From NCBI GenBank assembly GCA_001779315.1, contig MFJU01000028.1, positions 614 through 64,613 of the forward strand: a stretch of DNA of 64,000 nt, written 5' to 3'. This document shows, one piece after another, positions 35,887-46,165 of this stretch (position 1 is its first letter; every line of letters starts with the position of its first letter). Below the pieces are notes generated by a model. The model had not been told where the DNA came from, did no database searches, and was given only the letters and a program-made list of their open reading frames with translations. Origin of the DNA: Candidatus Gottesmanbacteria bacterium RIFCSPLOWO2_01_FULL_42_22. Lineage in GTDB: Bacteria > Patescibacteriota > Microgenomatia > 2-02-FULL-39-11. A program made the translations under genes and the position numbers.

Positions 35887-36909
35887 TTAGTTATTTTTTT
35901 TAGAGAGAGGTATTTTATCCACAGTTTGTCGAATCTGGTCATGACTTCCATCAAAGTTATATAAATCAGACCAGGTTTCGATCCTGATAATTCCTGAAAG
36001 CGACTTACGACTTACATCTACTTGGAAAGACAGTTCAAAATTATTCCCAAAAGAAATATTGTAGTTGTCTATCACAAATGTATTTGTTTCATCATAATAA
36101 ATTTGGCCCCAACCAGCTTGATTGGAACTGAAGGATGATGTTTTCTGCATTCCCGATGGTAAAATGATTTTCATAAAAGGATCAATGGCGACATTCATTT
36201 CTGAATTTGGAATTACTTTAATGGTGATAATAAAAGTTTTACTTCCATTTACTCCTCCCGGATCGAGATCGACAGACACCGAAGATTGCGGTGTGATCAT
36301 GAGGGGATTCGTGTCAAGTATATCCGTTTTAGCTTTGGCTTTCGCTTCGGCTTTATTAAGCAGATCAAGATCATCGGGAGAGTCTGTGAGTGAAAGATCA
36401 TCAGTCAGGGATAAATTAAAGGGAAGCAGATTTAATTTATCGATGATATCTTTAAGATAATATGGAGGGGTCCAATTTTTCTCTTTAGGTTTTTCTTCAC
36501 CCAACATATCCCAGTCGATATTGCCGGACGGATCTGTAAATCTTAGCGGATTATTCCGTACATATGCATATCTATTTGTTCCGTCACTGGCAGTATCTGC
36601 CTGGGTGAATTTGCCGATTGTAGGATTGTAGTAGCGGGCATTGTAGTAGTAGAGGCCGGTTTCATCAGTATCGGAGACCTGGCCGGTATATTGTCTCTTT
36701 GTAGTCAAGTTGCTGTCGGCTGACCTGGTTTCACCAAAGGGATAATAGACCTGTTTTGAGGCTTTCTTGCCTGTACTGTCAGTCGTCAGCACGGTTGAAC
36801 CCAGATGGTCCTGGTGGACAAAATAGAGGATTTCTGCGGCAAATATGGAGCCTGGCAAAAGCAGACAGAGCAAAAGAAGAAATAATATCAGGTAGATTCT
36901 CAATTTCAT
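35887..36909 (-). CDS. RHS core + C-terminal domain cassette 2: signal peptide, RHS repeat-associated core, unknown 200-aa C-terminal domain
   Basis: Core LYFVHQDHLGSTVLTTD...YYYNARYYNPTIGKFTQADTASDGTNRYAYVRNNP is almost identical to cassette 1. The tail is unrelated. Confidence 0.7.
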   Translation of the reverse strand: MKLRIYLILFLLLLCLLLPGSIFAAEILYFVHQDHLGSTVLTTDSTGKKASKQVYYPFGETRSADSNLTTKRQYTGQVSDTDETGLYYYNARYYNPTIGKFTQADTASDGTNRYAYVRNNPLRFTDPSGNIDWDMLGEEKPKEKNWTPPYYLKDIIDKLNLLPFNLSLTDDLSLTDSPDDLDLLNKAEAKAKAKTDILDTNPLMITPQSSVSVDLDPGGVNGSKTFIITIKVIPNSEMNVAIDPFMKIILPSGMQKTSSFSSNQAGWGQIYYDETNTFVIDNYNISFGNNFELSFQVDVSRKSLSGIIRIETWSDLYNFDGSHDQIRQTVDKIPLSKKNN

Positions 36910-37279
36910 ATCTTCTACCTCAGTCTATAACAAATCAAATCAGGAAAGCAAAAGATCATATTAGTGTTAGAAGATTTCACTCGTAATGGGAATTATATGG
37001 TCCATCAATTAATTGTTATAAAAGATATCCGAGGATGAAAAAGCTCCATTTCCTCAACCATACTCTAACTTAGAATTTCACTCTCTCACCCTCAAGCAAG
37101 TATATACCTAATCTCTATTCGCTCGGCAGCTAATAAAAGCATTGGAGAGGGCTGGTTTTCAGATAGTTTCACAAATAAGAGGGAGTTCGAAGAATATGTT
37201 TAGTCCAACATAAAATCCCCGAGGTGTCGAATCTATTCCACCTGGGAGGAGAAAAATAAGGTGGAAATTTTATTTATTT

Positions 37280-38473
37280 TTAATTCGGATGGAAAGGAGT
37301 CCGTTTCTTCTTTGTAAAATCATAAGCTTCAAAAGATGATGCATTTGGATATTTTTCTTCTAAATATAAATCAAGAAAATCGACTCTTAAACCTGGATCT
37401 TTTACATAAATAGTCGAATCTGATGTTAAAATAGATACTTTATGACGTATTTCATCTCCTGTTGGCTTAAATTTTCCTGTTTTAAAAGACAAGTCTGTTG
37501 CATCAAGTCCTTGATATCTTGCGGCATCAGTAAGTAGCGCAGCTCGATGCCTACATATCCCGCCACAACCAGTATTCCATAAATTTGTAAAACCATTTTC
37601 TGCATCCATCATCTCATCAGCAAGACTTGCTGACTGAGAATTATAAGGAACACTTTTATTTATGATATCACCCAGCTCATCAAACTTTGAAACTGGGGTA
37701 TCCATTTCCGTAGTTTGCATAGCCAAGTATTGGAATAACTCTTCATCGCTACTAAACTGGGGTGTAGCTGTAGCTAACACATCATCAATTTGTGTTGATG
37801 CAGCAGTTCCAGGTAAAGGATTGATACACTCAGGACCTCCACCGCTAGCTAAACAAAGACCGGTGTCTGCTATTTCTAATAGTGGTCCCAGAGGAGGAAA
37901 TATCGGAATCAACATTGCCAGGTAAATACTCGTGATCGCTGCTACATCCGACAAAGATGCATCAGCTCCTGGGCCTATTGGCGGTACTCTTCCTCCTCCA
38001 CGGTGAGCTCCGGGTTTTGTTTCATCAGGTGGCGGAGGTGGTAGTTCGTCTTTTCCCGGAAATGCGCTTTGGTGTCCTGAAGGATCAACTAAAGCAATTG
38101 GATTATTTCTGACATATGCATATCTATTTGTTCCGTCACTGGCAGTATCTGCCTGGGTGAATTTACCGATTGTAGGATTGTAGTAGCGGGCATTGTAGTA
38201 GTAGAGGCCGGTTTCGTCCGTATCGGAGACTTGGCCGGTATATTGTCTCTTGGTCGTCTGATGGCCGACCGGTAATGATTGTTTTCTGGTTTCTCCAAAC
38301 GGGAAATAGACTTGTTTGGAAGCATTCTTGCCGGTTGTGTCAGTGGTAAGTAATGTACTACCCAGATGGTCCTGATGGATATAATATAGAGTTTCGGCGG
38401 ACAAGACTGAAGCAGGGGCAAACAGTGAAAATAAAGTAAGTAATATTAAAGCGACGATTTTTTTAGCTACCAC
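37280..38473 (-). CDS. RHS core + C-terminal domain cassette 1: signal peptide, RHS core, poly-Pro linker, unknown 260-aa C-terminal domain
   Basis: LYYIHQDHLGSTLLTTD...RYYNPTIGKF core. The tail has Cys/His/Asp candidates (GCGGICRHRA, IRHKVS, KDPGLRVD). Starts 3 nt after the RHS stop. Confidence 0.7.
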   Translation of the reverse strand: MVAKKIVALILLTLFSLFAPASVLSAETLYYIHQDHLGSTLLTTDTTGKNASKQVYFPFGETRKQSLPVGHQTTKRQYTGQVSDTDETGLYYYNARYYNPTIGKFTQADTASDGTNRYAYVRNNPIALVDPSGHQSAFPGKDELPPPPPDETKPGAHRGGGRVPPIGPGADASLSDVAAITSIYLAMLIPIFPPLGPLLEIADTGLCLASGGGPECINPLPGTAASTQIDDVLATATPQFSSDEELFQYLAMQTTEMDTPVSKFDELGDIINKSVPYNSQSASLADEMMDAENGFTNLWNTGCGGICRHRAALLTDAARYQGLDATDLSFKTGKFKPTGDEIRHKVSILTSDSTIYVKDPGLRVDFLDLYLEEKYPNASSFEAYDFTKKKRTPFHPN

Positions 38474-38475
38474 TC

Positions 38476-41400
38476 TTATTTAAAATCTAAAATAGTAAAG
38501 TTTATTTCCCCCGGGGAAAGTTTTAAGTTAACCACCGGCGTAAATGATCCAAACTTTAACTGGGGAATCGCAGTCGGTGTTAAAACAGCCGGATTTACAG
38601 TCGGAGTTGGAATAGTTTCCGGCAGCGGTTGATTTGCCGGTTTTAGGAAAAATATTTTGGCGATAAAATCCAAAATCAAGTCCACTAAACTAAGTTCCGG
38701 TTGATTTTGAGTTCCCAAGACTGTTTGCTGGTTGGCAGAACCCTTGATTTCCACAAAAATCCGATAATTTCCGGGCTCTTGGGGCACGGTATAATCCCAG
38801 GAACTTTGATATCGACCGGGTGTATCAGCTAATTCTTGAGCCGGAATCGGATCAGATATTTGTATTTCTTGTCTGTCTCTTTCTACATGAAAGATCATGC
38901 TATCAACTTTAATGTTCGGCTTAAGTGTTTTGGCAAAGGCAGTCAAAGTGACTTTATATCCGGCAAAAAAATTACCGGAATAGGTAAGACCATCGTTATT
39001 ATAGGATGTTGACAGATTTTCCCTGACGGCCGCTAATTTTCCGGCAAAGAAGTAATTTTGCCGCCAGCCGACTTGCGTATCGGGGTTGATGACGACTTCC
39101 AGCTCCGGATTAATATAATAAGTGCTATCGGCCCCGGTAATAATTTTGGCGATTCTAGCGCCCGTGGCATCATAGTAAAATTTGCTTTCTTTAAAACGAG
39201 AATCAACAGGAGAAACTTTTATAAGCCGGTTGTCCTTATCGTAAGTGTATAACCGCTCTGAATCCGAGGCGAGATTACCTACTTTGTCATAAGAATAGGT
39301 GTTAGTTTTTGAAGCGTCAGTTACCGTTAGCGGACGATGATAGAAAGAGCCGTTATAATCACTGTAGGCAAGAGTAGTTGTTGAGGAACCTTCGGTTTTA
39401 CTTAAAATGTTGTTAAGATCATCATAAGAGTAGTTGGCAGTATAGGCACCGGCCACATCCTTTAAACGGCTTAAGGCATCATAAGTAAAATTTTGGGTAA
39501 GGTAAAAAGGACTGGCAGCAGGAACCATGGGGTTATCGTCATTGATTTTTCTAATATTACCAAGCGGATCATATAGATAAGAGATCTTAATTTCATCTTT
39601 ATCAGCAAGAGCAGTCCCTATCACTTTCAATGTAGTCAGTCTGCTGTTGGTTGGATTATAGGTGAATAAGTTATTAACACCGTTACCGGAGGAAAATCTA
39701 ATTAATTGGCCGTCTTTGTTATAGCGGGCATTGGTGACATAATTGTTTGTTCCGGCAAGTTTCGTCAAATAAGGACGATTATAGGTATAAGTGATGGTTT
39801 CTGCAGGAATTGATAAACTGGTACTGCCTGATCGGGTTTGCGTTTTTACTCTTCCGCCCAAATCATAAGTAAAAGAGGTGCTGAAATTTTGGTTATTGAT
39901 GGCAGTATTGGGTAAATTTGACAAAGTCAAAGTACTGCTTGTCACCCTACCGCGGTGGTCATATTGGGATTTGACAGTTTGCAGCAAAGATCCGCTGCTT
40001 AAATCATATGAGCGCACTTGGCAGGATTTGCCAACTCCGTTGGTACAGCTATCGTAAATGTTTTCCAGAAGTAAAGTGGAATTTACTGATTTGCTTAAAA
40101 GTCTGTTAAGGGAATCATAAGAAAGAGTAGAGACATCACCCCGGGGATTGGTTTGAGTTTTGAGATTGCCGATTTTATCATATTCATAACGCCAGGAATT
40201 TACATCTCCGCTCATACTTGGACTCATATCGGCATCCCACATCCTGGTCTTTCTGCCCAAAGTATCGAATTCAACTATATTAATTACATTAGTTAATGTG
40301 TCTTTAGTTGTGGTTACAGAACCTAAAATCGGATGATATTCAAAACTGGTGGAATAAGTTTTACTGTCAGCAATTTCTTTAACTTCGAGAGTTTGTCCAA
40401 AAGCATCTTTGGTTGTCTGGTTGAAAGTACAAAGTGTTGCTGGATCAGTATCGGTACAGTTTTTATTGGAAGATTTAGTTAGCAGCGGATTTCCGCCCAC
40501 ATCATACTCGGTCGTCTCACTTGTTCCGTCAGGATAATTGACCGTAGTTGCCCTGCCCATTCCATCATAGGTGTATTTTACCTTTTGGATATTGGCACTA
40601 CCGGCGAAATCTCGGGTATCGAATGAGTTTTGTGTGCTTGGAATATAAGGATTTGCCGTGTAGTTAAGGCTCTGGTATTCCGGCTGACCCAAAGCATTAA
40701 ATGATTGGGATTTGATGATATCTCTGAAGGCATCGGCCACCGGTAGACCGGCATTTGAATACTCGTTTTCATACCAGAGTTGTCGAGTCTGAACAGTCTG
40801 GCCCAAGCCGTTATAATATGTGTGGGTTGCCGAGACTTTGCCGGCAGCACCGTTATCGGCAAAGCGGGAGGCGCTGTAAACCATCATTTTTGGACCTTTA
40901 CCATTCAATTGCTTACCTAGTCCTATCAAACAGTGATTAGCATCGTTACACGGTGCGATATCATCTCCGTTGAAATAATAATATTTGTTGAAAGAATCGG
41001 CTTTGGTACTGCTGGCAGGGTTCTTGCCCGGCAGGTAGGTCTCGGTAGCTCTTCCAAAAACATCATAAACACTATTGCTGACCTTGCCATTGGCATCTGT
41101 GACCCGAACAGGTATGCCCAAAACACCGCCATAATTGGGATGGGTGGAATCGGCGATATTAAAATCATAGACTGTCGTGGTTGACTGCCCCAAATTGTTG
41201 GTAACTTTTAGCGGATACAGATGAAAAACATTGTCATAAGTGGTGGTGCTGGATCGTCCCAAGGGGTCGGTGATTTTTGTCACTAACCAGGGGTAAGTCG
41301 CGTCGTAAGCGGAAGTCGTATCAGCATAAGCAGATCCGTTAATTAAGACGCTGGTTTTAGTCGGCAGGCCGTAGCTATTGTAAGTTATTTGGCTGTGATT

Positions 41401-43995
41401 GTACTTGGTTCCTGTTGGAGAACTAGCAGTCCAGCTTTCTTTGGGCCGAGGCAGAATCCATTTGAGAGTGTCGGCGTCTGTATAGTCGGTGTAGGATACT
41501 TTTTTGATATCAGAAGTATCATCCTGGTTGGGATCACTACAGCTCACCTTACCGTAATTAGTGGCCGTATGCAGCTGGGCATAAACATCATCAGTGCCAT
41601 CAATTTTTCTATGATCAGTGAATGTTTTAGTACAAAGAACTGCATTGTCTCCGACGAATTCTTTACTGACGTTATCTCTGGGAATAACCAAAGAAATGGA
41701 TGTTTCCGGATCGTAAGTGGCACATTTGTCATTTAAATTCCAGTCATAATAGCCTTCCCAGGGACCAAACATCGGACCGAAACGGATGGTAGAGCTGGAG
41801 GATGTTTCAGTTCTGCGGCCAGGTTTTTGCACATCGAAATTTATCGTTTTATAAGCAATTCCTTTCAAGGGACTGGGTTTGAAGCAAGTGGCAGTATCGA
41901 GTGCCTGGTAGTAAAATGATTTGGATTTAGCAACGACCTTATCGGTTGAATTTTTTTCATAGACAGTTGTTTCGACCTCGGGGTAACCCAAAAATTCAAA
42001 ACCGGAGAAGCTGTTGAAAATTTCCGCTCCCTCATCTGTTTCGCTATAATTTTTGACAGCTCCAAGACCCAAAGTAGCTCCGTTTCCGCTATAGTCATAG
42101 TTGGTCCGGACGCTATTTCCCATGCCATCCTCAACTATTTGGCTACTTATTCTGTGCCTTTGGGTGTTGAATTCATTGTCGGTCTTGCAGGTTTCTCCGT
42201 TTAGAGCTACTTTATCCGTGTCGCAGTATTTGATATTGAGAGCATTATTATTGGTGGCATCTTTCCAATACTCAAAAGTGACTTTTCCGCCATAGCCGTT
42301 TTCGGCTGTTTGCAAAAAGAAATCAGAGGGGGTTTTTACCTGATCAAGCAAATTCCTACCCCAAACAAATGAGGATAGAGGGCAGCCGCCCTTAAATTCT
42401 GCACAATCAGTACCGTAAGAAAAGGTATAGTTTGGCAGGCGTTTGGCGTGGGGATTTACATCAGGATCGTCACTGTAGACTTTAATAATCCTCAAAAGAG
42501 AATGAATAACCTGACCGTCTTTTACCTCCGCATCGTTTTCGGCTTTCCCGTCGCCATCGTCTAAGTGTTTTGCCGGAACCCAGCCGTATGAGTAATCCAA
42601 AACGTAAACCTTTCTTACCTTACCCAGAGTTTTGACAATTATTTTCTTCAGCCTTTCCAAATTACGGAGAGGTCTTTTGGGACTTGGGTTATCACCCTGG
42701 TGGATTTTATAGTCAAGTCTAGCCTCTCTCTGGAAAGAAATCTCGTTTTTTCCATAAGTAATAGATGACGGATAAACGGCTGAGACGTATCTATCGCCAT
42801 GCCCAGCATCTTCGATTTTCAGATTATAGCTATAGTTGATTTCAACAGGAACAGTAAAGATACTTTCAACTTTCGAGAGATACCATCTGTAGGTAAGGGA
42901 ATGATAACCGAGGGTATTGTTGCCCCAAATCAACCAGGCGTTGGGGCCAACGGGGCTTGAGTCATTGTCATATAAGGGATACCAGTCGTATTCTTTATTT
43001 TCCAGATCCTCATTGGTATCCGGGTCGTATGTTTTTTGCCAGGCTGTGGTGGTCGTTGGAGTGCCGAAATAATGCTTTGTACCATCTCCGGTTGTTACCA
43101 GCCAGTGATATCTGCAAAAATAGGTACCATCGTCGGCAGCATCTCTTTTGCATCTTGACCATCTTTCCACTTTCACTTTCAAATTTGGCACTGTCCTCCA
43201 GACACTATACTTTCCGTAATCAGTTCCTGCTTCACTTTCTTTTGATAAATTAGCACTACCGCCTGAAAAGGCTAAAATAAAGGCGTCATCACTCTGACCG
43301 GTTAGGGCACGCATGGATGAGCCTTTGGTATCCCGGGCGATATATTGTACTCCACCCAAATTCCAACCCAAACCAACCATGCCAGACTGATTCTGGTAGG
43401 GATGGTCAGTCCAACCCCGATAGCTGGTAAGAGTACCTAAGTTGAGATCATCAACACTTGAGGAGGAATAAGAAAGATCAAGTGAGGGAGTAAGGCCAGC
43501 AGGACCGGGCGGCAGATCAATAGGGTAGGAGACAGTAGCAGCTCCATTGAAGGCGTCGCTGCCAAAAGCTCTGCTGGATGGTAATTGCATGTTAGAAGTG
43601 CCTGCCTCATCAGAAGCAGCTGCCAGCGGATCGAAATCGCTTGTCACTCCTTTGACTCTCGGATTCTCTTTTTCAATCTCTTTGAGGAGCAAAACATAGT
43701 CCGGTCCATCAATTACATCATCGCTATTATAATCGTAGAACAGATCCTGGGTTTTGAGTGCCTTAAAATAGCCGGGAACGGATGGTTTAATAAGCCCAAA
43801 TTTTTTCAAAGAACGGCGGAAAGCCAGAGTGTTCTTTGCCGGAAAAATATTCTTTTTAATGATCAAAAAAGCACCAAGAGATATCAATGATAAAATTAAA
43901 ATCGTCAGGAAAATTACCTTGAGTTTGGGAGACCAAGTTTTATGAATGTCAGGCACGTTTAACTTAACCGTATTACAGAAAAGGATAACCGTCAA
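38476..43995 (-). CDS. RHS/YD-repeat family protein (1839 aa) with an N-terminal TM anchor and a T/P-rich tail ending LKFGSFTPVV
   Basis: Dozens of YD-type repeats (YDxxGRL, TYDxxGN, YxYDxxG). No core domain inside this ORF. Confidence 0.8.
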   Translation of the reverse strand: MTVILFCNTVKLNVPDIHKTWSPKLKVIFLTILILSLISLGAFLIIKKNIFPAKNTLAFRRSLKKFGLIKPSVPGYFKALKTQDLFYDYNSDDVIDGPDYVLLLKEIEKENPRVKGVTSDFDPLAAASDEAGTSNMQLPSSRAFGSDAFNGAATVSYPIDLPPGPAGLTPSLDLSYSSSSVDDLNLGTLTSYRGWTDHPYQNQSGMVGLGWNLGGVQYIARDTKGSSMRALTGQSDDAFILAFSGGSANLSKESEAGTDYGKYSVWRTVPNLKVKVERWSRCKRDAADDGTYFCRYHWLVTTGDGTKHYFGTPTTTTAWQKTYDPDTNEDLENKEYDWYPLYDNDSSPVGPNAWLIWGNNTLGYHSLTYRWYLSKVESIFTVPVEINYSYNLKIEDAGHGDRYVSAVYPSSITYGKNEISFQREARLDYKIHQGDNPSPKRPLRNLERLKKIIVKTLGKVRKVYVLDYSYGWVPAKHLDDGDGKAENDAEVKDGQVIHSLLRIIKVYSDDPDVNPHAKRLPNYTFSYGTDCAEFKGGCPLSSFVWGRNLLDQVKTPSDFFLQTAENGYGGKVTFEYWKDATNNNALNIKYCDTDKVALNGETCKTDNEFNTQRHRISSQIVEDGMGNSVRTNYDYSGNGATLGLGAVKNYSETDEGAEIFNSFSGFEFLGYPEVETTVYEKNSTDKVVAKSKSFYYQALDTATCFKPSPLKGIAYKTINFDVQKPGRRTETSSSSTIRFGPMFGPWEGYYDWNLNDKCATYDPETSISLVIPRDNVSKEFVGDNAVLCTKTFTDHRKIDGTDDVYAQLHTATNYGKVSCSDPNQDDTSDIKKVSYTDYTDADTLKWILPRPKESWTASSPTGTKYNHSQITYNSYGLPTKTSVLINGSAYADTTSAYDATYPWLVTKITDPLGRSSTTTYDNVFHLYPLKVTNNLGQSTTTVYDFNIADSTHPNYGGVLGIPVRVTDANGKVSNSVYDVFGRATETYLPGKNPASSTKADSFNKYYYFNGDDIAPCNDANHCLIGLGKQLNGKGPKMMVYSASRFADNGAAGKVSATHTYYNGLGQTVQTRQLWYENEYSNAGLPVADAFRDIIKSQSFNALGQPEYQSLNYTANPYIPSTQNSFDTRDFAGSANIQKVKYTYDGMGRATTVNYPDGTSETTEYDVGGNPLLTKSSNKNCTDTDPATLCTFNQTTKDAFGQTLEVKEIADSKTYSTSFEYHPILGSVTTTKDTLTNVINIVEFDTLGRKTRMWDADMSPSMSGDVNSWRYEYDKIGNLKTQTNPRGDVSTLSYDSLNRLLSKSVNSTLLLENIYDSCTNGVGKSCQVRSYDLSSGSLLQTVKSQYDHRGRVTSSTLTLSNLPNTAINNQNFSTSFTYDLGGRVKTQTRSGSTSLSIPAETITYTYNRPYLTKLAGTNNYVTNARYNKDGQLIRFSSGNGVNNLFTYNPTNSRLTTLKVIGTALADKDEIKISYLYDPLGNIRKINDDNPMVPAASPFYLTQNFTYDALSRLKDVAGAYTANYSYDDLNNILSKTEGSSTTTLAYSDYNGSFYHRPLTVTDASKTNTYSYDKVGNLASDSERLYTYDKDNRLIKVSPVDSRFKESKFYYDATGARIAKIITGADSTYYINPELEVVINPDTQVGWRQNYFFAGKLAAVRENLSTSYNNDGLTYSGNFFAGYKVTLTAFAKTLKPNIKVDSMIFHVERDRQEIQISDPIPAQELADTPGRYQSSWDYTVPQEPGNYRIFVEIKGSANQQTVLGTQNQPELSLVDLILDFIAKIFFLKPANQPLPETIPTPTVNPAVLTPTAIPQLKFGSFTPVVNLKLSPGEINFTILDFK

Positions 43996-44160
43996 GGATT
44001 TGAAGTTTAAAGTAAGAGATCATTATAATTATTGTCCGACCATTTTAGGATAGATGTTTATCCTCTTGCTCCGCCGAAGGAATGTTATAGTGTATTTTTT
44101 ACTGCCTTCAAAATTTTTAATCTTGAAATCTCGCGTATCATTATGATACGCTAAAACCAT

Positions 44161-45213
44161 ATGAATGATACGCAAGTTAATTCCCGACAAATAAAAATAT
44201 TACAATATCTCTGGACAAAGCCGACTACAACGCGCAAAGACATCGAGTCCGTTTTTCCTCAAGGATCAGTTTCCAGAATTACCCTGATTCGGGACCTTAA
44301 TAACCTCATCGAAAAGGGAATGATTCAACAATCCGGAGGTGGGAAATATATCAAATATTCACTTGTTCCGGACAAAGAAATCTTAGTACCTATAAATATA
44401 AATGAATATTTTCAGAGTCCGATTGATACTCGTTATGTCCGATACCCGTCATTCAATAATGGAGTCATCATTAAGCTTAACAACCTGTTTTCAAGCGATG
44501 AACTCCGTATATTTGAGCAGGGAAGAAAGCAGTTGCAAAGTCGCTTTGAAACTGTCGATCCGTCAATCATCAAACGGGAACTTGAACGGTTTACTATTGA
44601 ATTCTCCTGGAAATCATCACGTATTGAAGGAAACACCTATTCTCTATTAGAAACTGAGGAACTGATTAAAAACAAAAAAGAGGCACAAGGACACTCAAAA
44701 GAAGAAGCAATTATGATTCTCAATCATAAATCTTCTTTTGATACGATACTGGCCAACAAATCAACATTCCGGCAAATCAGCGAATATGATATCCGGTCGA
44801 TTCATAAAGAACTTGTCAAGGAACTCGATATTACCCCAAACATCAGGGAATATGGAGTTGGTATTACCGGCACGATATATAAACCGTTAGATACAAAATG
44901 GCAGATTGAGGAATCGCTTCATGCTGTTGTGGACCACGTCAAATCTGTCACAGATGTTGCGGAAAAATCTCTCATACTGCTGGCGATGATCTCCTATCTC
45001 CAACCTTTTGTCGATGGAAATAAACGCACCGCCCGGATGGTAAGTAATGCAATACTATTGGCAAACGGATATTATCCCCTTTCATATAGGAGCGTTGATG
45101 AAGTTGAATTTAAGAAGGCTTTGATTCTTTTCTACGAACAGAATAATCTTTTCCATTTGAAACGGATATTTTTGGACCAGCTGCAATTTGCAATTCAACA
45201 ATACTTCGTCTAA
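44161..45213 (+). CDS. Fic/Doc-family protein with an N-terminal winged HTH and a degenerate motif (QPFVDGNKRTAR)
   Basis: The canonical HPFx[DE]GNGRxxR has H replaced by Q and G by K (motif at 44998..45036). Confidence 0.6.
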   Translation: MNDTQVNSRQIKILQYLWTKPTTTRKDIESVFPQGSVSRITLIRDLNNLIEKGMIQQSGGGKYIKYSLVPDKEILVPININEYFQSPIDTRYVRYPSFNNGVIIKLNNLFSSDELRIFEQGRKQLQSRFETVDPSIIKRELERFTIEFSWKSSRIEGNTYSLLETEELIKNKKEAQGHSKEEAIMILNHKSSFDTILANKSTFRQISEYDIRSIHKELVKELDITPNIREYGVGITGTIYKPLDTKWQIEESLHAVVDHVKSVTDVAEKSLILLAMISYLQPFVDGNKRTARMVSNAILLANGYYPLSYRSVDEVEFKKALILFYEQNNLFHLKRIFLDQLQFAIQQYFV

Positions 45214-45578
45214 GTCAATATTGTTGCCCCTGGCGGTTTGCAGGAGAACTAGATTCTGCGGATCTTATCCGAACTTTTTTAATATAGAAGAATAGAACAA
45301 CTATACTCTCCAGTTCGACTTTTTAACAAATTTCTGTTGCTGTTCCCGGAGTCTTCTCCTTAAATCATTGGTTATGCCTGTATAAAAAAGAGAATTAAGG
45401 TAATTGGTGGCGATATAAACAGAGCAAGACTTAACTATTAAAAATAAATTTACGCTGAGGCTGGCTTTCTCGCTAGGCTCGAAATGACTTCAGAATCGTT
45501 TAATCAATTACCCACTGCCGTTATCATAAGACCCGAACAATTGAGGACTGGCAATACGGCAAGAGTAAGGAAAGAAGA

Positions 45579-46109
45579 TTAAGTTAAGGCTTTGTCGAAG
45601 ATGGATTTGATGAATTTTACTTCATAAAGGGTCAGGTCACGGCTTTCTCTAAAATTGATTTCATGTTTTTGCGATATTTCCAGCTTGCCCCGATTGTCGG
45701 AGAGCTGGCTATAGCGGAAGCGGCTGAAAATAATTTCCGGCCAAATATTTTTCACCTTTTCATCAAATAAGGACAAATTCAGCCTCCACGTCTCTATATC
45801 GGGTGTGCCTTCAGGAATGATATCCGAAATCAGAGTCACTTCTGAAAGCTGCGGCTGATATTTCCGCTTATCCTTATTTACCTGCGGCAAGACCAGAGTC
45901 TTAATTTTATATAAAGGAAAATTATTGGGTATATCAGTCAATTCCATTTCTTCTCCTTTCTGATACCAAATTTTTTCGCTGATATTGCCCTTTTTCCCCT
46001 CGTTTTGCAGCAAACTATAGAGATTTTCGAACCAATCTGACAGCAGACTTTCTTCGGGTTTACGGTAGATATCCAACCAGGAATTCAAAGACTTTAAAAT
46101 CCTTTTCAT
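45579..46109 (-). CDS. hypothetical protein
   Basis: Internal Met (MKRILKSLNSWL) chosen as the start. The track ORF extends to 46262 and overlaps the next gene. Confidence 0.4.
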   Translation of the reverse strand: MKRILKSLNSWLDIYRKPEESLLSDWFENLYSLLQNEGKKGNISEKIWYQKGEEMELTDIPNNFPLYKIKTLVLPQVNKDKRKYQPQLSEVTLISDIIPEGTPDIETWRLNLSLFDEKVKNIWPEIIFSRFRYSQLSDNRGKLEISQKHEINFRESRDLTLYEVKFIKSIFDKALT

Positions 46110-46165
46110 ATTCTTATGATAACTCACGAATGATGACACTGGAAAGGAGAAAAGGGGAAGACAAC

